Of a stretch of 64,000 nucleotides of DNA, positions 56,086 through 64,000 are shown in pieces. The notes below the pieces were generated by a model. It saw only the letters and a list, made by a program, of their open reading frames with translations. It was not told the origin of the DNA and did no database searches. A program made the translations under genes and the position numbers. Location: the NCBI GenBank assembly GCA_036384015.1, contig DASVNF010000100.1, forward strand, positions 5,952 through 69,951, read 5' to 3'. The stretch is from Burkholderiales bacterium. GTDB lineage: Bacteria; Pseudomonadota; Gammaproteobacteria; Burkholderiales; JACQAP01. Positions within the stretch are counted from its first letter, which is position 1. The number at the start of each line of letters is the position of its first letter.

Positions 56086-56242
56086 AACCGCAAAGGCGCG
56101 AAGGCGCCAAGGGGTCAAAGAAGTGCAGACATGCATTCACGTACCGCACCGGCGCAATCTCCAATGCCAACGCGAACCTGGTTTGAATTTTGCCGGAATG
56201 GTGTTCTCTGCGTAACCTTTGCGCCTTCGCGCCTTTGCGGTT
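56086..56242. repeat. 22-bp perfect inverted repeat AACCGCAAAGGCGCGAAGGCGC / GCGCCTTCGCGCCTTTGCGGTT separated by 113 nt
   Basis: The arms at 56086-56107 and 56221-56242 were checked base by base. They are internally periodic (CAAAGGCG, CGAAGGCG, CCAAGGGG). Confidence 0.9.
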
Positions 56243-56254
56243 AGTGGGATAGCT

Positions 56255-56950
56255 CTACACTTCCAGCCATTCCTTGCGAACGGCCTCGTTGCTCCTCAAG
56301 CCATCTGGCGTGCCTTCGAACACGATCTGGCCGTGCCCCATCACATACAGGCGCTGCGAGATCTTCAGGGCAATCGTCAACTTCTGCTCGACCAGCAGGA
56401 TCGACACGCCACGATTCTTGATCTCCTCGAACAGCCGGGCGACCTGCTCCACGATCTTCGGCGCCAGGCCCTCGGTCGGTTCGTCGATCATCACCAGGTC
56501 GGGATCGCCCATCAGGGTGCGGCACAACGTAAGCATCTGCTGCTCGCCGCCCGACATGACGCCGGCAGGGGCATCGGCGCGCTCCTGCAGGCGCGGGAAC
56601 AGCGTGTACATGTCATCGATGCTCCAGCGGCCCTTCTGGTTCGAGCTTTTCATGCCGAGCAGGAGGTTCTGTTTCACGGTCAGCGAAGGAAAGATGTCGC
56701 GGTTCTCCGGCACGTACCCCAACCCCCTGCGCGCGATCATGTAGGTCTTCTGCCCGCCCAGTTCCTCGCCCTTGAACTTCACCGAACCCGTCGAATTGAC
56801 CTGGCCCATGATGGACTTGATGGTCGTGGAGCGGCCGACGCCGTTGCGCCCCAGCAGACTGACGATCTCGCCCTGCCCCACCCGCAGATGGACCCCATGC
56901 AGGATGTGGCTCTTGCCGTAGTAAGCGTGCAGATCCTTTACCTCGAGCAT
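56255..56950 (-). CDS. ABC transporter ATP-binding protein, LivF-like (branched-chain amino acid/HAAT family)
   Basis: C-terminal 231 aa of ORF 56255..57385. Walker A GRNGVGRST, signature MSGGEQQML and Walker B LVMIDEP. The ATG overlaps the livG-like stop (TGATG). Confidence 0.85.
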   Translation of the reverse strand: MLEVKDLHAYYGKSHILHGVHLRVGQGEIVSLLGRNGVGRSTTIKSIMGQVNSTGSVKFKGEELGGQKTYMIARRGLGYVPENRDIFPSLTVKQNLLLGMKSSNQKGRWSIDDMYTLFPRLQERADAPAGVMSGGEQQMLTLCRTLMGDPDLVMIDEPTEGLAPKIVEQVARLFEEIKNRGVSILLVEQKLTIALKISQRLYVMGHGQIVFEGTPDGLRSNEAVRKEWLEV

Positions 56951-57702
56951 CAGTGCTGCTCCGTTCCAAGGTAGGCTTCCTGAACCGCCTTGTTGGCGCG
57001 GATGTCCTCCGGCTTGCCGGTGGCGATGACCTCGCCATAGACCAGCACGGAGATCCGGTCGGCGAGGTTGAACACCACGCTCATGTCGTGCTCGACCATG
57101 ATGAGGGTGCGGCCTTCCGTTACCTTGCGAATGAGCTCCACGGCCTCGTCGGTTTCGCTGCGGCTCATGCCGGCGGTCGGCTCGTCGAGCAGGATGACCT
57201 TGGCGCCGCCCGCGATGGTGACGCCGATTTCCAGGGCGCGCTGTTCCGCATAGGTCAGCACGCCCGCCACGCGCTCGCGGCGCTTCGTCATGCCGATGCG
57301 TTCCACGATTTCCTCGCAGCGCTCGCGCACGTCCTTGAGCGAGCCGACCCGATGCCAGAAGGAATACTTGTAGCCGAGCGACCACATCACGGCGCAGCGG
57401 ATGTTTTCGTAGACCGAAAGCTTCGGGAAAATGTTGGTGATCTGGAAGCTGCGGGCCAGGCCCTTGCGGTTGATGATTTCGGCCTCGAGGCCGTCGATCT
57501 GTTCGCCGTTCAGGTCGATGCGTCCGGAACTGACCGGGAAGCGGCCGCTGATCAGGTTGAATAGGGTGGACTTGCCGGCGCCATTCGGGCCGATGATCGC
57601 ATGGCGCTCGCCGGGTTCGATGGCCAGGTTGACGCCGTTGATGATCGAAGTCCGGCCGAAACTCTTGCGCACATCGTGCAGCTGCAGGGCCGGGGCACTC
57701 AT
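56950..57702 (-). CDS. ABC transporter ATP-binding protein, LivG-like
   Basis: Walker A GPNGAGKST, signature LTYAEQRALEI and Walker B ILLDEPTAG. The ATG overlaps the upstream permease stop (ATGA). Confidence 0.85.
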   Translation of the reverse strand: MSAPALQLHDVRKSFGRTSIINGVNLAIEPGERHAIIGPNGAGKSTLFNLISGRFPVSSGRIDLNGEQIDGLEAEIINRKGLARSFQITNIFPKLSVYENIRCAVMWSLGYKYSFWHRVGSLKDVRERCEEIVERIGMTKRRERVAGVLTYAEQRALEIGVTIAGGAKVILLDEPTAGMSRSETDEAVELIRKVTEGRTLIMVEHDMSVVFNLADRISVLVYGEVIATGKPEDIRANKAVQEAYLGTEQH

Positions 57703-58961
57703 ACGGCGCCTGCCTTCTGCAAATCCACCGTCAGGTTCTCCCAGGCACGCCGCACGACCTTGCTCGCTCCGTAGAACAGGGCGATGCCGACCGCGAATAC
57801 CGCCAGCGTGCCGATCCAGGCCGAGGCCTTCGACGGGTCCAGTTCGACGCCGAAGAAGGAGAAGGCCTTGTTGACCGATTCCTTGGCTTCGTAGTGATAG
57901 ATCATTTCTATCAGCGCGAAGAATCCGAGCATCATGACCGTCCCGGCCACGGCGGCAATCGCGTAGGACGGGAACAGGCGCGGCAGCAGGCGCGCCTTCC
58001 ACGCCGGCTTGTGCAGCGTCACCAGGTTGGCGATGCCGCCCGGCGAGAACATGATGATCACCAGGAAGAACAGGCCGAAGTACAGCAGCCAGGCCTGGGT
58101 GTAGTTTGACAGCGCCGACTGCAGCATCGTGACCAGGACTGCGCCGATGATCGGCCCCCAGAAATGGCCGACGCCCCCGATGAACGCCATCAGCACCACG
58201 TTGCCGGATGCCACCAGTCCCAGCGTTTCGGCCGTGACGATCTCGTAATTGATCGCGGCGAGGCCGCCGCCGATGCCGGCGAAGAAGCTGGCGAGCGACA
58301 TCATCAGCCAGCGCACCCGGGTCGGGTTGTAGCCGACGAACTTCGCGCGCTCCGGGTTATCCCGCACCGCGTTGGCCATGCGGCCCAGCGGCGTCCAGGT
58401 CAGTGCAAACATTGCCATCATCGACACCAGGCACCAGCCGGCAATGAGATAGTAGACCTGGATCTGCGGGCCGTAGCTGATGCCCATCACGGTGCCGCCG
58501 ACGGTGCGATTCGTGGCAATGCCGCCTTCGCCGCCGAAAAAGCCGGTGAACATGAGCGCGCTGGCCGCCACCATTTCGGCGATCCCCAGGGAAATCATCG
58601 CGAACGGCGTACCGGCACGGCGTGTCGTGACGAACCCGAACAACAGGCCGAACACCAGGCCTGCAACGCCGCCGATCAGCGGCACCATGGTGACCGGGAA
58701 CGAGAACTTGCCGGCGCCGATCAGGTTGAGGGCGTGGGCGCAGAAGAACGCACCCAGGCCGAAATATACGGCATGCCCGAAGGACAGCAGGCCGGTCTGG
58801 CCCAGCAGCATGTTGTAGGACAGGGCGAATATCACCGCGATGCCCATCTGCGAAAGCATGGACAGCGCAAAGCTCTGCTTGAACAGCAGCGGCAAGACGG
58901 CGAAGAAGATCGCAACCGCGGCCCAGAAAGCCAGCCGGCGCACGTGAAAGACCCGGTTCAT
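57699..58961 (-). CDS. ABC transporter permease, LivM-like
   Basis: Multi-pass membrane protein with GQTGLLSFGHAVYFGLGAF. ATG 58961 is preceded by GGAG, and ATG 58985 is an alternative. Confidence 0.8.
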   Translation of the reverse strand: MNRVFHVRRLAFWAAVAIFFAVLPLLFKQSFALSMLSQMGIAVIFALSYNMLLGQTGLLSFGHAVYFGLGAFFCAHALNLIGAGKFSFPVTMVPLIGGVAGLVFGLLFGFVTTRRAGTPFAMISLGIAEMVAASALMFTGFFGGEGGIATNRTVGGTVMGISYGPQIQVYYLIAGWCLVSMMAMFALTWTPLGRMANAVRDNPERAKFVGYNPTRVRWLMMSLASFFAGIGGGLAAINYEIVTAETLGLVASGNVVLMAFIGGVGHFWGPIIGAVLVTMLQSALSNYTQAWLLYFGLFFLVIIMFSPGGIANLVTLHKPAWKARLLPRLFPSYAIAAVAGTVMMLGFFALIEMIYHYEAKESVNKAFSFFGVELDPSKASAWIGTLAVFAVGIALFYGASKVVRRAWENLTVDLQKAGAV

Positions 58962-58998
58962 GCGCTCACTCCGCTGCCGGAACATCCGGGGACGTGCG

Positions 58999-59946
58999 TC
59001 ATGTTTCCCGGGTCCCCATCAGTCCGCGCGGCCGCACGATCAGCATCAGCACCATCATCAGGTAGGGCAGCACCGGCGCCGTCTGCGACACGGTGATCGC
59101 CAGCAGGCCGTGCCATGCCGAATCGCGTGAAACGTTGATGCCGATCCCCGCCAGCAGGTCCACGATCGAGTAGTCGAGCGCCACGGAAAAAGTCTGCAAG
59201 GCGCCGATGATCAATGACGCGATGAAAGCGCCGGCCAGCGATCCCATGCCGCCGAATACCACCACGACGAAGACGATGCTCCCCACGGCCACCGCCATGC
59301 CGGGCTCGGTGATGAACGCGTTGCCGCCGATGACCCCGGCCAGCCCCGCCAGCGCGGCCCCGCCTGCGAACACCAGCATGAACACCCGCGGCACGTTGTG
59401 GCCGAGGGATTCGACCATGTCCGGATGGGTCAGCGAAGCCTGAATCACGAGGCCGATGCGGGTACGGGTGAGCAGCAGGTAGAGCGCAAGCAGCATGCCC
59501 ACCGAGACCAGCATCATGAAGCCGCGGTACGCGGGATACTGGGTGGTGAACAACGTGAACAGCGTGAAATCGAGTTCCGGTGGAATCCGGTAGTCCACCG
59601 GCGCTCGGCCCCAGATCAGGTGCACCACTTCCTCGATCACGTAGGCCAGGCCGAATGTGAACAGCAGCTCGGCGACGTGCCCGAACTTGTGGACCGTGCG
59701 CAAGCCGAAGCGTTCTGTCGCCGCACCCAGCGCCCCGACGATGAGGGGCGCCAGGAACAGTGCCGGCCAGAAGCCGGTATGCAACCCGACCTGGTAGGCG
59801 AAGTACGCGCCCAGCATGTAGAAGCTGGCATGGGCAAAGTTCAGCACGCCCATCATGCTGAAGATCAGCGTCAGCCCGGAGGACAGCATGAACAGCAGCA
59901 GTCCGTAGGACAGGCTGTTCAGCAGGGTGACGAGGAAGAATTCCAT
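58999..59946 (-). CDS. ABC transporter permease, LivH-like
   Basis: Strings LLNSLSYGLLLFMLSSGLTLIFSMMGVLNFAHASFYMLGAY are typical of the LivH N-terminus. Confidence 0.85.
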   Translation of the reverse strand: MEFFLVTLLNSLSYGLLLFMLSSGLTLIFSMMGVLNFAHASFYMLGAYFAYQVGLHTGFWPALFLAPLIVGALGAATERFGLRTVHKFGHVAELLFTFGLAYVIEEVVHLIWGRAPVDYRIPPELDFTLFTLFTTQYPAYRGFMMLVSVGMLLALYLLLTRTRIGLVIQASLTHPDMVESLGHNVPRVFMLVFAGGAALAGLAGVIGGNAFITEPGMAVAVGSIVFVVVVFGGMGSLAGAFIASLIIGALQTFSVALDYSIVDLLAGIGINVSRDSAWHGLLAITVSQTAPVLPYLMMVLMLIVRPRGLMGTRET

Positions 59947-59958
59947 GTTTGGAAGGCG

Positions 59959-60037
59959 GTGATTAAGTGACTGGTGATTGGTCGCTAAATCTCTTAAGGG
60001 TACTTATTTATTACCAATCACCATTCACCAATCACGG
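59959..60037. repeat. Intercistronic hairpin built from GTGATTG/GTGACTG/GTGAATG heptamers, between the SBP and permease genes
   Basis: The left arm GTGATTAAGTGACTGGTGATTGGT pairs with the right arm ACCAATCACCATTCACCAATCAC. The inner 10 bp are perfect and the loop is AT-rich, about 30 nt. The SBP stop (TGA, 60032-60034) lies inside the outer stem. Confidence 0.85.
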
Positions 60038-61285
60038 CTTTTGGAACCTGCACGTCGTCGGCATCACCGTGGCCTTCGCCTCGATGCGCGCGTCCGTGCG
60101 AAATCCGAAACCGGTCTTCTCGACGTCGTATTTCACGTCCTTGCCGTTGGCCCGCACCAAAGTCGAAATGTACAGCGGCTGGATGACCTGGTGGTTGTCG
60201 GCCCGCACCGAAATTTCGCCGGAGTCGTCCTCATACCTGACCGTTTCCATCGCGGTCACGACTTTCTGCGTGTCCGCGGTCTTCGCCAGGTCGATGGCGC
60301 GGGCCAGTGTTTCCACGGAATTGCGCACGGACGAGTAGTACAGGTCGTCCTTGACCTCGGGAAATCGGGTGCGGTAGGCAACGGTATGTTCGGCAGCGCC
60401 TTTGCCGCCGATGTTCGAATGCCAGGTGGTTACCTGCTTGACATGGCCGACACCCGCCTCGCCGAGCGCCGTAACGACGCCGCCCGCGCCTGTGTAGTAG
60501 GTGTAATAGTCCACCTTGAGCCCGGCTTCCTTGCCGGCTTTCACCAGCAATGCCAGGTCGTTGCCCCAGTTCCCGGTGATGACGCTGTCCGCGCCGGAGG
60601 ATTTGATCTTGCTTACGTAGGGCGAGAAATCCTTGACCTTGCCCAGCGGATGCAAGTCTTCGCCGACGATCTCCACGTCGGCACGTTTCGCGGCCAGCAT
60701 GGCGCGGGCGGACTTCGCCACGGCCTGGCCGAACGAGTAGTCCTGGTTGATCAGGTAGACCTTCCTGATGCTTTTTTGCTGCGCCATGTAGTCGGTCAGC
60801 GCCTGCATTTTCATGTCGGCATCCGCGTCGAAGCGGAAGTGCCAGTAGTTGCATTTTTCGTTGGTCAGTTGCGGATCGACCGCCGCGTAGTTCAGGAAGA
60901 TCACCGCCTTGTCCGGATTGCGCTCGTTGTGCTTGGCGACCGCATCCGACAGCGCGATGGCCACGCTGGAGCCGTTGCCCTGGGCGATGTAGCGGATGCC
61001 CTGGTCGATGGCCTGCTTGAGGACCAGCAGGGCCTCCTGCGGACTGGTCTTGGTGTCGAACGCCACCACCTCGAGCTTCCTGCCGCCGAGGACGCCGCCG
61101 CGGGCGTTCACCGCTTCGGTGGCGATCTGGTAATGGCGCAGGCCGATTTCGCCGATGTTGGCGAACGGACCGCTCAGTCCCTCGATGAAGGCGATGCGGA
61201 CGGTTTCCTGCGCTGAAACGGTGCAAGCGAATCCGCACAGCCAGAGGCCAAGCAGGATCGCGGGCTTCAATTTGTTCAAATCCAT
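60032..61285 (-). CDS. ABC transporter periplasmic substrate-binding protein, type I (LivK/Leu-Ile-Val-binding family)
   Basis: ORF 60032..61651 trimmed to ATG 61285 (a nearby TTG is possible). Signal peptide ending CTVSAQE. Strings IRIAFIEGLSGPFA, FDTKTSPQ and VITGNWGND. Confidence 0.8.
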   Translation of the reverse strand: MDLNKLKPAILLGLWLCGFACTVSAQETVRIAFIEGLSGPFANIGEIGLRHYQIATEAVNARGGVLGGRKLEVVAFDTKTSPQEALLVLKQAIDQGIRYIAQGNGSSVAIALSDAVAKHNERNPDKAVIFLNYAAVDPQLTNEKCNYWHFRFDADADMKMQALTDYMAQQKSIRKVYLINQDYSFGQAVAKSARAMLAAKRADVEIVGEDLHPLGKVKDFSPYVSKIKSSGADSVITGNWGNDLALLVKAGKEAGLKVDYYTYYTGAGGVVTALGEAGVGHVKQVTTWHSNIGGKGAAEHTVAYRTRFPEVKDDLYYSSVRNSVETLARAIDLAKTADTQKVVTAMETVRYEDDSGEISVRADNHQVIQPLYISTLVRANGKDVKYDVEKTGFGFRTDARIEAKATVMPTTCRFQKP

Positions 61286-61645
61286 CTCCTCCAGGACGCG
61301 CGACGCCTCGCGACGGCAATTGCGTAACCGACCGTTACCTTTTTTGGATTGATCGCAGGAGGCGCGGTCGTCGGCGTCAATATAATTATTTATCTGTCTG
61401 TGCCACGTTCTCTCGATTCGCTCGCCGACCGGGTCGAGCGCACGGAATACATCCCTGCCGCACGCCCGGATTCTATTCGTAAACCCGAACCCTTGTAAAC
61501 CGAACGACCGGTCCTGCCACGCCCATTTGGCTGCCGATTTCCCCGCCGGAATTTCGCTCACGTGGCAGCGCAGCAATCGGGTGTCCGGGGTACCCAAGCT
61601 GCTAGAATCGGCCCCGACAAGAATGCACCGGAAAGGGAGCCCGCG

Positions 61646-63286
61646 ATGCAAGGCCTGATGATGGAAATGCCGCTGCTGATCTCATCGCTGATCAAGCACG
61701 CGGACCGCTACCACGGCGACACCGAAATCGTATCCCGGATGGTGGAAGGCGGGATCCACCGCTACACCTATCGCGACGCGCACCGCCGAACCCGCCAGCT
61801 GGCCAATGCCCTGACCCTCCTGGACGTGAAAATGCACGACCGGGTCGCCACCCTGGCCTGGAACGGCTTCCGCCACCTGGAGGCCTACTATGCAGTGGCC
61901 GGCATGGGCGCCGTATCCCATACCGTCAACCCGCGCCTGTTCCCCGAGCAAATCGTCTACATCGTCAATCACGCGGAAGACCGCTACGTCTTCCTCGACC
62001 TGACCTTCGTCCCGTTGGCCGAGGCCATCGCCGACAAATGCCCCGGCGTGAAGGGTTGGATCATCATGACGGACAAGGCGCACATGCCGCAGACCAGGCT
62101 GAAGAATGCGCTGTGCTACGAGAACCTGATCGAGGCGAACAAACCCGATTTCGAGTGGCCGGACTTCGACGAGCGCACCGCCTCTTCGTTGTGCTACACC
62201 TCGGGCACCACCGGCAATCCCAAGGGTGTGCTCTACAGCCATCGCAGCACCATTATTCATTGCTACGCGTCCAGCATGCCGGATGCGCTGAACATCTCCG
62301 CCCGCGACGTCATCCTGCCCGTGGTGCCCATGTTCCACGTCAACGCCTGGGGCCTGCCCTACTGCGCGGCCATGGTCGGCGCGAAGATGGTATTCCCCGG
62401 CGCCGGCCTGGACGGTGCCAGCGTGTTCGAGCTGTTCGAGAAGGAGAAGGTGACGGTCTCGGCCGGCGTGCCGACGGTGTGGATGGGCCTGCTCAACTTC
62501 ATGAAACAGAACAACCAGCGCTTCAGCACCCTCAAGCGCACCGTGATCGGCGGTTCGGCCTGCCCACCCGCTATGATCCGCAGCTTCGAGAAGGATTACG
62601 GCATCCAGGTCATCCATGCCTGGGGCATGACCGAAATGAGCCCGCTGGGCACGGTGAACACCTTCAAGGTCAAGCACGACGGCTGGGACGCGGAGCAACG
62701 CCTGGCCCTGCAGAACAAGCAGGGCCGCGCCATCTACGGCGTGGACATGAAAATCGTCGACGACCAGGGCAAGGAGCTGCCCTGGGACGGCAAGGCGTTC
62801 GGCGACCTCCTGGTGCGCGGCCCCTGGATCTGCGCCGAATACTTCAAGTCCGAGGGCGGCAATCCGCTGCGCAAGGACGAGCATGGGCACGAGTGGTTCC
62901 CGACCGGGGACGTCGCCACGATCGATCCCGACGGCTACATGCAGATTACCGACCGCTCCAAGGATGTCATCAAGTCGGGTGGCGAGTGGATCAGCTCGAT
63001 CGACCTCGAAAATGCGGCGGTCGGCCATCCCGCGGTTGCCGAAGCGGCGGTGGTCGGGATCCGGCACCCGAAATGGGACGAACGGCCGCTGCTGGTCATC
63101 GTCAGGAAGAAGGATGCCCAGCTGACGCGCGAGGAAATGCTCAAATTCTTCGAGGGCAAGGTGGCGAAGTGGTGGATGCCCGACGACGTGGTGTTCGTCG
63201 ACCAGCTTCCGCATACCGCCACGGGAAAACTGCTGAAGACCAAGCTGCGCGAAGACTTCAAGGACTACCAACTTCCCACGGCCTGA
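61646..63286 (+). CDS. Acyl-CoA synthetase / fatty-acid--CoA ligase (AMP-binding family)
   Basis: ORF 61562..63286 trimmed to ATG 61646 with a GGGAG RBS. AMP-binding motif [12 protein letters not shown], and WGMTE, TGD and SGGEWISS. Confidence 0.9.
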   Translation: MQGLMMEMPLLISSLIKHADRYHGDTEIVSRMVEGGIHRYTYRDAHRRTRQLANALTLLDVKMHDRVATLAWNGFRHLEAYYAVAGMGAVSHTVNPRLFPEQIVYIVNHAEDRYVFLDLTFVPLAEAIADKCPGVKGWIIMTDKAHMPQTRLKNALCYENLIEANKPDFEWPDFDERTASSLCYTSGTTGNPKGVLYSHRSTIIHCYASSMPDALNISARDVILPVVPMFHVNAWGLPYCAAMVGAKMVFPGAGLDGASVFELFEKEKVTVSAGVPTVWMGLLNFMKQNNQRFSTLKRTVIGGSACPPAMIRSFEKDYGIQVIHAWGMTEMSPLGTVNTFKVKHDGWDAEQRLALQNKQGRAIYGVDMKIVDDQGKELPWDGKAFGDLLVRGPWICAEYFKSEGGNPLRKDEHGHEWFPTGDVATIDPDGYMQITDRSKDVIKSGGEWISSIDLENAAVGHPAVAEAAVVGIRHPKWDERPLLVIVRKKDAQLTREEMLKFFEGKVAKWWMPDDVVFVDQLPHTATGKLLKTKLREDFKDYQLPTA

Positions 63287-63290
63287 AAAT

Positions 63291-63364
63291 CCGTGAACGC
63301 CGTGAATGTCGTGAATGCCGATCCAGAGCCCCAAGGGGGTTACGACATTCACGACATTCACGGG
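63291..63364. terminator. Bidirectional terminator-like hairpin with a 17-bp perfect stem made of tandem CGTGAATGT units
   Basis: CGTGAATGTCGTGAATG (63301-63317) pairs perfectly with CATTCACGACATTCACG (63346-63362). It is followed by GGGCTTTTG on the plus strand and GGATTTTC on the minus strand. It sits between convergent stops at 63286 and 63374. Confidence 0.7.
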
Positions 63365-63373
63365 CTTTTGCGG

Positions 63374-64000
63374 CTAGTAACCCTTCTTTCGGTCCACCAC
63401 GCCAAGCGGCGGTTCGCCGCGCTCCAGGCGCCTGATGTTTTCGATCACCTGGATTTCCGCGGCGGCGATGATGGTCGGTGCGGCGACATGCGGCGTAATG
63501 ACGATCTTCGGGTGGCGCCAGAAAGCATGTGACGCGGGCAGCGGCTCCTGCCGGAATACGTCCAGCATCGCGCCCTCCAGATGCCCGGAATCCAGCGCAT
63601 CGATCAGGTCTTCATCCACAAGGTGCGCGCCGCGGCCGATGTTGACCACGAACGCCCCCGCCGGCATGGCGGCAAAGGCCTTGGCGCCGAGTATGTCCTG
63701 CGTCTCCGGCGTCAACGGCAGGGCATTGATCACGACGCGGGTGCGGGCAAGGAATTGCCGCAGTTTGTTCATGCCTGCGAAGACTTCGATGCCCTCGACC
63801 GCTCTGGGGCTGCGTACCCAGCCCGCCACCGGGTAGCCCAGCGCGGCTATTCGCCTTGCGATCAGGCCGCCCATGATGCCCAGGCCCATCACGCCAACCG
63901 GCCACTCCTGTGCCAGCTTCCAGGGCAGCGGACGCCAGTTCGCGTCTTGCTGATGGACGGCGTATTCGCGCATGCGCCGCTGGAAATGCAGCACGGCGTG
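63374..64000 (-). CDS. D-isomer-specific 2-hydroxyacid dehydrogenase (GhrA-like), C-terminal part (5' end outside the window)
   Basis: NAD-binding VGVMGLGIMGGLIARR. Strings NIGRGAHLVDEDL, LDVF..EPLP and TPHVAA. The ORF is open at the window edge. Confidence 0.8.
   Translation of the reverse strand, partial: HAVLHFQRRMREYAVHQQDANWRPLPWKLAQEWPVGVMGLGIMGGLIARRIAALGYPVAGWVRSPRAVEGIEVFAGMNKLRQFLARTRVVINALPLTPETQDILGAKAFAAMPAGAFVVNIGRGAHLVDEDLIDALDSGHLEGAMLDVFRQEPLPASHAFWRHPKIVITPHVAAPTIIAAAEIQVIENIRRLERGEPPLGVVDRKKGY

Overview
GC-rich (roughly two-thirds G+C by eye) bacterial chromosomal segment. The gene content looks like a Gram-negative proteobacterium: many outer-membrane beta-barrels and lipoproteins, a Liv-type ABC transporter, Fad-type genes, ChaA and LrgAB. 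The taxon is inference only. I recognised no rRNA, tRNA, CRISPR, transposase, integrase or phage genes. Layout: (1) 1-4.0 kb holds a histidine kinase 3' end, a FixJ/NarL-type response regulator, an OM barrel, a duplicated periplasmic protein, a stand-alone CheY and an orphan family-3 solute-binding protein (SBP). (2) 5.9-17.8 kb is a same-strand, tightly packed operon: DcaP-like porin, then three paralogous wing-domain PLP decarboxylases (Lys-like, Orn-like, Arg/AdiA-like), then a PotE-like antiporter fused to a periplasmic SBP domain, then a second APC transporter. A Gdx/SugE SMR exporter follows. (3) 18.4-31.5 kb carries envelope genes: OM barrels, a lipase-like lipoprotein, a two-HKD PLD protein and a 989-aa internally duplicated DUF1254/DUF1214 protein coupled to an OM barrel. 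It also carries a CYTH-like protein and a cupin gene preceded by a 7-bp x 16-17 tandem repeat. (4) 31.5-49 kb holds miscellaneous oxidoreductases and hydrolases, LrgAB, ChaA, YhhQ and gene remnants, including a GNAT gene frameshifted in a homopolymer. (5) 49.2-63.3 kb is a minus-strand acyl-CoA catabolic and Liv-type ABC array with a divergent acyl-CoA ligase. The strongest non-coding signals are two. First, an 18-bp palindrome ATTGGAC-N4-GTCCAAT occurs four times in promoter regions. Second, a set of intercistronic hairpins has arms built from short tandem 7-10-nt units. Family assignments rest on my recollection of motifs and reference proteins, and no database search was possible. Start codons were chosen by RBS and signal-peptide logic and may be off. 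The ORF track also labels GTG and TTG starts as M.
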